Positions 1 to 7,901 of a stretch of DNA of 64,000 bases are shown in pieces. Position 1 is the stretch's first letter, and the number at the start of each line of letters is the position of its first letter. Made by a program: the position numbers and the translations under genes. Under the pieces are notes generated by a model, which was not told where the DNA came from, ran no database searches, and worked only from the letters and a program-made list of their open reading frames with translations. The DNA comes from Opitutia bacterium (GTDB lineage: Bacteria > Verrucomicrobiota > Verrucomicrobiia > Opitutales > Opitutaceae), in contig CANJVR010000003.1 of the NCBI GenBank assembly GCA_947478395.1, positions 96,001-160,000 of the forward strand, written 5' to 3'.

Positions 1-590
1 GCGATCGAGGCAAAGCCCTGCTCAAAATTCTTCGCCCGGGAAGGCCTAACCGGCAGCCGCTTCCGACCGCCGCGGACCAGATCATGCCTTTCCGCGACCA
101 CGCCACACCCGCGCACAGAACTCAATTGATCCGAGCCCCACTGTTTCGCGGTGGGCAATTCGGTCATCGCCGCGACGACGATATCGCCGAGCTCGTTTTT
201 GGCCCCCCGCTGTGGTGCCAGCGCGGCCAAACTCCACGCCGAACGTTTGTCGTACATGAAATTTCGCGTCCCATCGATCGGATCGAGGATACATTTCCAC
301 GTCGTTTTCCTCACCGGCGTGCCGCGCGGGAAGGTCGCCACGGCGTCGTCCGCCAATCCTTCCATCACCAGTTCAACCGGCCACGCCCGCGGCCAGTGCG
401 CCTCAAACCAATGCAGGATCGCTTCCTCGCTCAGCCGGTCGACGTGGTAAATCGTGTCGGCCGCGGTGACGGCGGCGATGCGGGAAAAGTTTTTCGCGCC
501 GCGTTCTCGCGCCGTGAGCAACGTATCACGGATGTGGACCTGCAGCGCACATAACAACCGACGGGCTCGCTGGCGTTGCGCAGAGGTCAT
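1..590 (-). CDS. Inositol monophosphatase (FIG superfamily) protein, 3' end outside window
   Basis: Not in the ORF track because it runs off the window edge. Manual translation from ATG at 590 gives MTSAQRQRARRLLCALQVHIRD...VDRLSEEAIL...VMEG...WKCILDPIDGTRNFMYDKRSAW, which contains the IMPase DP(I/L)DGT metal-binding motif. Confidence 0.8.
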   Translation of the reverse strand, partial: MTSAQRQRARRLLCALQVHIRDTLLTARERGAKNFSRIAAVTAADTIYHVDRLSEEAILHWFEAHWPRAWPVELVMEGLADDAVATFPRGTPVRKTTWKCILDPIDGTRNFMYDKRSAWSLAALAPQRGAKNELGDIVVAAMTELPTAKQWGSDQLSSVRGCGVVAERHDLVRGGRKRLPVRPSRAKNFEQGFASI

Positions 591-608
591 GATGCAAGCG
601 CGCTCCGC

Positions 609-1748
609 TCAGAGCAGACGTGCTCCGTCGCCGGTCAGGGCATGAAGAATATCAGGCCGTGTCCCAAATTTTTTTCCATAGGCCTCAGCGATAATTTGAG
701 CCTGCGCGTCGCCAAAATCCGCTCCGGTCATCGCCATCACCGCACCCCCGAAGCCACCGCCCGTCAGCCGAGCGCCAAAAACTCCCGGCATCGTCACCAG
801 CGCGTCCACCAGAAAATCGAGCTCATCCGTGCTGTTCTCGAACCCATGTTGCGAACTGCGATGCGAAGCGGTGAGCAAACGGCCGACGGCCGCCAGATCG
901 TCCTGCGCGAGCGCATTCTGGGCGGCCTCCACCCGCGCCATTTCTTCGAGCACATGTTTCGCCCGCCGGTAAACCGCCGGTTTGAGCTTCGGTTTCGCCG
1001 CTTCGAGCGCAGCCAAGTTTGTGTCGACCAGCAGCTCCACTCCGAGCGCCTTGGCCGCGGCCATACACTCGCCGTGTCGCTCCGCGTAAAGTCCGTCGAC
1101 CAGCGCGTGCTTCGTGTGCGTGTTGAAAATCCAAAAGTGTGCGCCCGTCGACAAGGGGACGGTGGCAAACTGCGGACCGCGACAGTCGATAAAAACGAGC
1201 CGATTTTTTTCGCCGAAACCGGAAACACCCTGGTCGAGAATTCCACACGGCACGCCGACGAAATTATTTTCCGCATGCTTGCCGATCTTAACCAAAGTCT
1301 CGCGCAGCGGGCGTTCGCCAGCGGCTTCCGCGAAGACGAGCGCCGAAGCCAATTCGATCGCGGCACTGCTGCTGAGTCCTGCACCTGCCGGCAAATTGGA
1401 AGTCGCCAGGTAGTCGAAGCCCGACGGAGCGCGCAGCCCAAAAACCGGGAGAGCGTGCAATACGCCGAGCGGATAGTTCACCCAATTTTCCGAACCCTCA
1501 CGTTTTGCCTGATCACCGGGAGCCAGCGTCACGATTCCGTCGCGCTGATCGCTCGTGAACCGCCGCTGACCATCGGCCCGACCCGCCAGCGCGACCCACA
1601 CGCCGCGATCAATTGCCGCGCCCAGTACGGGGCCACCGTTGTAGTCCGTGTGGTTGCCAATGAATTCAATTCGCCCCGGAGCGCCGGCCAAGATTTCCGG
1701 CGCTCGGCCGTAGGCGGCCAAGAACATTTTGGTGAGCTGCGCTTTCAT
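609..1748 (-). CDS. galK: Galactokinase
   Basis: APGRIEFIGNHTDYNGG signature, PAGAGLSSSAA GHMP ATP loop, CGILDQ and GARLTGGGFGG. Start taken at MKAQL (1748). Confidence 0.93.
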   Translation of the reverse strand: MKAQLTKMFLAAYGRAPEILAGAPGRIEFIGNHTDYNGGPVLGAAIDRGVWVALAGRADGQRRFTSDQRDGIVTLAPGDQAKREGSENWVNYPLGVLHALPVFGLRAPSGFDYLATSNLPAGAGLSSSAAIELASALVFAEAAGERPLRETLVKIGKHAENNFVGVPCGILDQGVSGFGEKNRLVFIDCRGPQFATVPLSTGAHFWIFNTHTKHALVDGLYAERHGECMAAAKALGVELLVDTNLAALEAAKPKLKPAVYRRAKHVLEEMARVEAAQNALAQDDLAAVGRLLTASHRSSQHGFENSTDELDFLVDALVTMPGVFGARLTGGGFGGAVMAMTGADFGDAQAQIIAEAYGKKFGTRPDILHALTGDGARLL

Positions 1749-1806
1749 GCGGAATTCGCGACGACCTCCGCCCGCCGCCAAGGCAGGCGCAACGCCCTCC
1801 CCGCCG

Positions 1807-2082
1807 TCAGATCAGCGCGCGCAACTCGGCGCTCGCCTTGAACCGCACCGTTTTAACTGCCCGGATTTTCATCGCCTTCCGCGTGTGCGGATTAAATCCC
1901 GCCCGGGCTGGACGCGTGGCTGCGACGAACGCCCCAAAACCCACCAGCGATACCGCTTTGTCGCGGCGCAAGCCGCATTTAACAGCGGCGAGAACTGCCT
2001 CCACCGCGCGGTTAGCCGCGGCTTTTGTCGCACCGCCGCCGAGCTGTTTTTGCACTTCCGTTATGAGTTTAGCTTTGTTCAT
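1807..2082 (-). CDS. hup: HU family DNA-binding protein
   Basis: MNKAKLI...VSLVGFGAF...RPARAGFNPHTRKAMKIRAVKTVRFKAS is the HU/IHF signature. 91 aa from ATG 2082. Confidence 0.9.
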   Translation of the reverse strand: MNKAKLITEVQKQLGGGATKAAANRAVEAVLAAVKCGLRRDKAVSLVGFGAFVAATRPARAGFNPHTRKAMKIRAVKTVRFKASAELRALI

Positions 2083-2165
2083 CGGTCGCGGCGTCCAAAA
2101 GGAATGTGGCCCCGCAAATTCGGTCAAACTCAATTCCACCGATCCGGTGGACCCGGCGATATCGA

Positions 2166-2402
2166 TCAAATTTTTTTATCCGCCTGCGGTGGCTGCGTTG
2201 CAGGGAAATCGGCCGGCACCTCACCCGCCCGGCCCTGCACCAACAAGCGCAACAGGTGCGACATCATTTCCTCGCGCGGACGCGCCCGTTCGACCGACAG
2301 CTGCTCCGCGCGCTTGAGCAGTTGCGCCGCCATCGCCGCCGCCTGCACGGGTGGCGCGCCGAGACGCTCGCAGAGCTGGGTAAGCTGATCGTACTCCTTC
2401 AT
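2166..2402 (-). CDS. Small hypothetical protein (78 aa, predicted helical)
   Basis: Overlaps the ygfZ stop (ATGA coupling at 2399-2402) and has a plausible protein composition. Confidence 0.7.
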   Translation of the reverse strand: MKEYDQLTQLCERLGAPPVQAAAMAAQLLKRAEQLSVERARPREEMMSHLLRLLVQGRAGEVPADFPATQPPQADKKI

Positions 2403-3295
2403 GGGGTTTCGGCGACAATTTCCAATGACAGCGCAGGCTGGTTTTCAATGACGAGCGGTTGATCTTTTTGAACGTTGAGCAACGAGATCATCGCCAGTCC
2501 CAAAAATTCAGACCCGTTACGCACGACTGAACGCAGTTCGCCGACGGGTTTACTTCCCTGCGTCAATTTCGCCGGCACCGGCGGAGGCACGCCCTTTCCG
2601 CAAACGCGCACGAGTCGCCGCCGCACCTGCCCCATCGCTTTTAACCGGGCCATGACCTCTTGACCGAGATAGCATCCTTTTAAGTAGGAAATCGCTTCGA
2701 CCTCCAATCCGCCTTCAGCCGGCAGATCGCCGGGCCCCAAGTCCGCCGGCACCGCTGGAATGCCAGATCGAATACGCAGCCGCTCCAACTCCGGGCCTTC
2801 CATCGTGCGAACGTTACTTAACAATGCCACCACCGCCGGCGCATCGTCCTTACGAAAAACCCAATCCCAATTCTCATCTCGCGTCCTCCGTCCCGGAAAA
2901 ATCAGGCCCGGCCGGCGCTTACTCGCGATCCAATCGCCTGCTCCCGCGCCGAACAACGTGACGCCCTCCCACTCCGCGGTTTGATCTTCGACCGTGACAT
3001 CGTCCGCGATGATGTAGGCCTCCAACCGCTGCCTCAGCTCATCACCCGAACTGAAATAGCTCACGACCCAGAACTCGCTCGGACCGGGCCCGGCCAAGAC
3101 AAAGCCGTCGGCCAGCACTTTACCCTTCTGGTTGAGCCATAGGCCATAAACGCTCAAGCCCGGGGCCAGTCCCCGGATATCGTTGGTAAACTGGCCTTGG
3201 AGGAAAATGGCCGCATCCGCCCCGACAACCCGCAAGATTCCCCCGATTTTCCAATGGACGACCGCTCCATGCTCAGGAAATTCCGTGTTTTTCAT
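2399..3295 (-). CDS. ygfZ: YgfZ/GcvT-family folate-binding Fe-S repair protein
   Basis: FLQGQFTNDI and the KGCYLGQE signature. Start taken at MKNTEF (3295). Confidence 0.9.
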   Translation of the reverse strand: MKNTEFPEHGAVVHWKIGGILRVVGADAAIFLQGQFTNDIRGLAPGLSVYGLWLNQKGKVLADGFVLAGPGPSEFWVVSYFSSGDELRQRLEAYIIADDVTVEDQTAEWEGVTLFGAGAGDWIASKRRPGLIFPGRRTRDENWDWVFRKDDAPAVVALLSNVRTMEGPELERLRIRSGIPAVPADLGPGDLPAEGGLEVEAISYLKGCYLGQEVMARLKAMGQVRRRLVRVCGKGVPPPVPAKLTQGSKPVGELRSVVRNGSEFLGLAMISLLNVQKDQPLVIENQPALSLEIVAETP

Positions 3296-3384
3296 TAGGT
3301 TTATGTTTAAGCAGTTAAAACGAGCGGTGAAAGAATTTGATAACTTTGCATTGACGGTGAACACAAACGAGCTACTTTCAACTT

Positions 3385-3479
3385 ATTCAATTTCTCACTT
3401 CTCCCGCCTAGCGGGAGTTTTGGGGTAACTAAGAAAGCAAAGGCCGGCCACATAGGGGTATGTGGCCGGCCACTTTTTT
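3385..3479 (+). ncRNA. Candidate small RNA (unknown family) or attenuator leader
   Basis: TTGACG(3351)-N16-TACTTT(3373) promoter-like pair, hairpin CTCCCGC-CTA-GCGGGAG (3401-3417), then a 13-bp terminator stem with a T-run. 5' end is estimated. Confidence 0.45.
3442..3479 (+). terminator. Rho-independent terminator
   Basis: GGCCGGCCACATA-GGGG-TATGTGGCCGGCC followed by ACTTTTTT. Confidence 0.8.
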
Positions 3480-3551
3480 GCCCAAATTACTTGAAGCAGG
3501 GATGAAGGCGGACTTGCCCCGGACACTTTTGCCGGGCCACTGTGACCCCTC

Positions 3552-4607
3552 ATGCAACGCACTTCCGACATCAACGTCGTTGAGACCCGCGCCCTTCCTT
3601 CGCCCGCCGCTCTCTTGACCGAGTTGCCCAAGTCCGACGCGCAGGCGGCATTCGTCGCCCGCGCACGAGAGGATATTCACCGGATAATTTTCACTAACGA
3701 CAAGCGCTTCCTCTTGGTCATGGGGCCGTGCTCGATTCACGACCTCGATGCTGGCCGCGACTACGCGCGGCGTTTGTCCAAGCTGGCCCGGGAAGTCTCG
3801 GACCGAGTGCTAATCGTCATGCGAGTTTATTTTGAAAAACCGCGCACGACGGTCGGATGGAAAGGCCTCATCATGGACCCGCATCTCGACGGTTCGCACG
3901 ACATCGCCGCGGGCCTGCGCCTCGCGCGGACATTCCTGCGCGACGTCCTCGACCTCGGGTTGCCCACCGCAACCGAACTGCTGGATCCAATCACTCCGCA
4001 ATACATCGCGGACCTCATCTGCTGGTCCGCGATCGGCGCCCGGACCGCTGAGTCGCAAACCCACCGCCAGATGGCCTCGGGTTTGTCGATGCCCCTAGGT
4101 TTCAAGAACGGCACCGATGGGTCGATCACCACTGCCACCAACGCGATCCGCGCCGCTGCTCAACCGCATACTTTTCTCGGCATCAATCTCGACGGCGCCG
4201 CTTCCGCCATTGTCACCCGGGGCAATCCTAACTGCCACGTCGTTCTCCGAGGCGGCAATGCCGGCCCCAACTACTCGCCCGCCCACATCGCGGAAACCGA
4301 GGCGCTTCTCGTCAAAGCCGGACTGCTCAAGGCGATCCTGGTCGATTGCTCGCACGATAACTCCGCCAAGCAGCCCGAGCGTCAGCCCGACGTGATGCGC
4401 GAACTCCTCGGCCAAATCACCACCGGCAACACGTCCATCATCGGGGCCATGATCGAGAGCAATCTCGGCGCTGGCAGCCAACCCTTCCCGCAACCAAAGG
4501 AAAAACTACGTTACGGCGTGAGCATCACCGATGCGTGCATCGATTGGCCCACGACCGAAGCTCTCGTTCGCGAAATCCACTCCGCGCTGGCTCCGCGTTT
4601 CAGATAG
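3552..4607 (+). CDS. aroG: 3-deoxy-7-phosphoheptulonate (DAHP) synthase, class I-alpha (AroF/G/H type)
   Basis: GPCSIHD, RVYFEKPRTTVGWKG, IGARTAESQTHR, FKNGTDG, DCSHDNS and YGVSITDAC. The isozyme cannot be assigned from sequence alone. Confidence 0.93.
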   Translation: MQRTSDINVVETRALPSPAALLTELPKSDAQAAFVARAREDIHRIIFTNDKRFLLVMGPCSIHDLDAGRDYARRLSKLAREVSDRVLIVMRVYFEKPRTTVGWKGLIMDPHLDGSHDIAAGLRLARTFLRDVLDLGLPTATELLDPITPQYIADLICWSAIGARTAESQTHRQMASGLSMPLGFKNGTDGSITTATNAIRAAAQPHTFLGINLDGAASAIVTRGNPNCHVVLRGGNAGPNYSPAHIAETEALLVKAGLLKAILVDCSHDNSAKQPERQPDVMRELLGQITTGNTSIIGAMIESNLGAGSQPFPQPKEKLRYGVSITDACIDWPTTEALVREIHSALAPRFR

Positions 4608-4726
4608 GGCGCGATCGCTCCGGCGAAAAGCTGCGCTTCACCGGCTACAACCCGGACTGATTTCCGCCGTCCGCAAAAATTTCGCGTGGATTCCCTGCCG
4701 TCCTCTCTTCACCGTTTTCCCCTCCC

Positions 4727-5710
4727 ATGAAATCCCCTATTCGCGTCGCTGTCACCGGAGCTGCCGGTCAAATCGGTTACTCCCTTCTCTTCCGCATCGC
4801 CTCCGGCGCGATGTTCGGCCCCGAACAACCGGTCATTCTTCAACTCATCGAGGCCCCGATCGAAAAAGCGATGAAGGCGCTCGAAGGCGTCGCCATGGAA
4901 CTCGACGACTGCGCCTTCCCCCTACTCAAGGGCTACGTCCTGACCGATGACGCCAACGTCGGCTTTAAAAACGCCAACTGGTCCCTGCTCGTCGGCGCCA
5001 AGCCCCGCGGTCCCGGCATGGAACGCGCCGACCTTCTCAAGGACAACGGCCGCATTTTCATCGCTCAGGGCAAAATCATCGATGCGGTCGCCGCCGATGA
5101 CGCCCGCGTCGCCGTCGTGGGCAATCCCGCGAACACAAACTGCATGATTGCCGCGTCGCAGGCCAAGCGCCTCCCGGCCGAGCGTTTCACCGCCATGGTC
5201 CGGCTCGACCAAAACCGCGCGCAGAGCCAGCTCGCGAAAAAAGCCGGCGTCGATCTCACCGCGGTCCAAAATATTTTTATCTACGGCAACCACAGCCCGA
5301 CGATGTTTCCCGCCTTCGCGCACGCCACGATCAACGGCCAGCCCGCCACCTCCGTCATCACCGACAGCGCGTGGCTCCAAGGTCCGTTCTGCGAAACCGT
5401 CGGTAAACGCGGCGCCGCCATCATCGCCGCCCGCGGCGCGTCCTCAGCCGCTTCCGCCGCCAACGCGCTGGTCGATCATGTGCGCTCGCTCGTGACGCCC
5501 GGCGCGATCCATTCCATCGCCGTGAAATCGAACGGCCGCTACGGCTTCGATGCCAACGTCTGGGCCGGCATGCCCGTGCGCACCACGACTCCGGGCAGCT
5601 ACGAAGTCATCACGAGCTACGTCATGGACGATTTCGCGAAATCGAAAATCGCCGCGACTAACAAAGAGCTCGCCGAGGAGCGCGCCTTCGTCGCCGAGCT
5701 CATCGCCTAA
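4727..5710 (+). CDS. mdh: Malate dehydrogenase (type 2)
   Basis: [55 protein letters not shown]. Confidence 0.96.
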   Translation: MKSPIRVAVTGAAGQIGYSLLFRIASGAMFGPEQPVILQLIEAPIEKAMKALEGVAMELDDCAFPLLKGYVLTDDANVGFKNANWSLLVGAKPRGPGMERADLLKDNGRIFIAQGKIIDAVAADDARVAVVGNPANTNCMIAASQAKRLPAERFTAMVRLDQNRAQSQLAKKAGVDLTAVQNIFIYGNHSPTMFPAFAHATINGQPATSVITDSAWLQGPFCETVGKRGAAIIAARGASSAASAANALVDHVRSLVTPGAIHSIAVKSNGRYGFDANVWAGMPVRTTTPGSYEVITSYVMDDFAKSKIAATNKELAEERAFVAELIA

Positions 5711-5727
5711 AAATCGTTCTCGTTCTC

Positions 5728-5760
5728 AAAAACGGCACCCAATTTGGGTGCCGTTTTTTA
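5728..5760. terminator. Bidirectional Rho-independent terminator after mdh
   Basis: AAAAACGGCACCCAA-T-TTGGGTGCCGTTTTT perfect inverted repeat. Confidence 0.85.
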
Positions 5761-6097
5761 TTGGCGAAGTCCGCCGAGACTTCCCGCAACTCGAACCGGC
5801 GCGTTGGCACCACAAATTTTTCCTGTGCCACGATGGTCAGGATTCTCCACGATCCGGCCTCGGCCGTTCGCTTAGGTACGCCGAAAGTCGGCCGCGATTG
5901 CCCGCCTCCGTCATCCGGCCGGCCGGCGATTAACTGCCGGGACAAAAGTCTGTTCGCCCGTTGGCGAATCTCATCCGCTGTTCAAATCCTACCGATCTTT
6001 CGAAAGCACACCGGTTACTCGGAGCAAAACTATCACGCCCGCGGATATCGAATGCAGGGCGCGATCTTCGCCATCGCGGCCCCAGCGGCGGTGTCGC

Positions 6098-6820
6098 TCA
6101 GCCGAGCAAACCCGTCAGCGCACGGTTTTTCGTCAGCGCGAACGCCCGCCTCATCTCAGCAAACGCGGCGATCAATTCCCGCGGCGAACCGTTCCGCGCA
6201 AAGCGCATCTCCAACGTCGCTCCATCGCATACGACCGCGGCGTCCACGCCCTCCACCGTCAGCGTGCAGCTCCGGCAATCCGAAGGATAATCCACTTTCA
6301 AAGCCACGCCCGTGCCGCCGTCGCCCGACTCCAATCCTTCCACCGCATCGATGACCGCTTCCACCTGCACGCCTTTCTTCAGCGCGAAGGCCACCGCAGA
6401 AAACTGGCTCGCGAACAAAGCATCGAACTCCGCCAACTCCGCCAATTCCGCCGCACGCACACGGTGCAAGGTGCGCGTCACGCCGTATTTCGCCGGATCG
6501 GTTTCATCGAGGGCGTAGGCCAGCTCGAAAATAAAGTCGCGCGTCGTCAGCACCGCGATCGGGCTCGAAATTTCCAGCGAAATTTGCGCCCGCTTGTAGT
6601 TCAGTCCCGACTTCGCCTGTTGGAAAAATTTCTCCGCCTCGTCCGCCAGTTCATCGGCGCAGAGCCGCGCGAGAAATCCGCTCGTTGCAGCGTTCACGAC
6701 ATCGGGCACGGTGTGATGGGTTTTCTTGAAACCACGGAGTGATTTCACCGTGCCATCGGTGCGGCCCACCAAACTGACCCGACTGACAAACGAAAGCGGA
6801 GTCTCCGCCGATTTTCCCAT
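6098..6820 (-). CDS. Hypothetical protein (240 aa)
   Basis: Long ORF with natural amino-acid composition. No catalytic motif recognised. Confidence 0.75.
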   Translation of the reverse strand: MGKSAETPLSFVSRVSLVGRTDGTVKSLRGFKKTHHTVPDVVNAATSGFLARLCADELADEAEKFFQQAKSGLNYKRAQISLEISSPIAVLTTRDFIFELAYALDETDPAKYGVTRTLHRVRAAELAELAEFDALFASQFSAVAFALKKGVQVEAVIDAVEGLESGDGGTGVALKVDYPSDCRSCTLTVEGVDAAVVCDGATLEMRFARNGSPRELIAAFAEMRRAFALTKNRALTGLLG

Positions 6821-7367
6821 GGCACCGATTCAGCCAGACGCATTCGGAGGCGCCACGCAAAAATCCCACTTATGCCGTCACCGGTCTCGCCCACCAGTCG
6901 AACGTGATCAGTCCGAGCCCGCTACCACCGGCTGCCACAGCAGCGCCAATAACATCGCGAGCCGACCACGAAGGACCGGGCTGAACGGCAGGAGTTTATC
7001 GTCCGCAACGCCAGCACGAGGATCACAACAACTTTCACTAATTTTCCCATGCGGGGAAATCGGGCTGAACGCGCAACGCTACAGCTGTCGCCTTTTCTCC
7101 TGCGTATTTCGCGCGTCGCAGCGGGCCGCAACGGATCCAAGATCGCAGCCAAACCTGACTGAACCCGATAAAACCCGGATTCGAATTTGGAACGACGCCC
7201 GGCGCATTCGCTCCGGCAACATGTCACCTATTAAGTGACATTTCCTCTGAAAACCACGCCCCCGGGGACCATGACCGTCGCATCGCGGACCCTCCCGGCT
7301 TTAAAAGAATTGGAATTCCCTGGTCCACCTTACGGACCATAGTCTTCGTTCCCGCATCCGAGCTGTT

Positions 7368-7784
7368 ATGCCCGCAACCGTTCCTATTCCCGTCGTCTGT
7401 GCCGTGATCGAACACGACGGGCTGGTGCTGGTGGCCCAACGTCCCGCGCACAAGCACCTCGCCCTGCAGTGGGAATTTCCCGGCGGCAAAGTCGAAGCCG
7501 GAGAATCGCCCGACGCCGCCATTATCCGCGAAATTCGCGAAGAACTCGGGTGCACGGTGGAGATTGTCCACCCGCTTCCCCGCTTCACCCACGATTACAG
7601 CACGGTCGTAATTGCGATGTTTCCTTTTGTCTGTCGCCTCGCGCCCAGCAGCCTTGCACCGATCGCCCATGAACACGTCGCGCTGCGCTGGGTTTCACCC
7701 GCGGATTTGAAGTCGTTCGATCTTGCCGCTGCCGATCACCCGGTGGTCGCCGCGTTTCAGCTTCTCAAACAAAGTAAGTTGTAA
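7368..7784 (+). CDS. NUDIX hydrolase, MutT/NudG-like (d)NTP pyrophosphohydrolase
   Basis: Nudix box WEFPGGKVEAGESPDAAIIREIREELG and C-terminal AAAD. Confidence 0.9.
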   Translation: MPATVPIPVVCAVIEHDGLVLVAQRPAHKHLALQWEFPGGKVEAGESPDAAIIREIREELGCTVEIVHPLPRFTHDYSTVVIAMFPFVCRLAPSSLAPIAHEHVALRWVSPADLKSFDLAAADHPVVAAFQLLKQSKL

Positions 7785-7901
7785 GCCGTGCAAGAGGCAC
7801 GCCCGCAGCACCGTTCTGCGCGGCTGATCGATTCGGACCGATCAAACCGTCCTCCGACCGCAGGCTACGGCCGGAGGACTGCGCCGAGCGGCTCCCTGAT
7901 C

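Noticed and set aside
84..554. 156-aa + strand ORF
   Set aside because: Antisense shadow of the IMPase-family gene on the minus strand.
3303..3428. 41-aa ORF MFKQLKRAV... as an attenuator leader peptide for DAHP synthase
   Set aside because: It has no clustered Phe/Tyr/Trp codons near the hairpins, and the best promoter lies inside it. Not fully excluded.
5761..6097. ORFs and a TGGCAC possible sigma-54 site between mdh and the hypothetical gene
   Set aside because: No TTGC at the required -12 spacing, and the ORFs have shadow-like composition.
6922..7050. Possible small membrane peptide MGKLVKVVVILVLA...
   Set aside because: The hydrophobic start degenerates, and no family is recognisable. 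At most a remnant.
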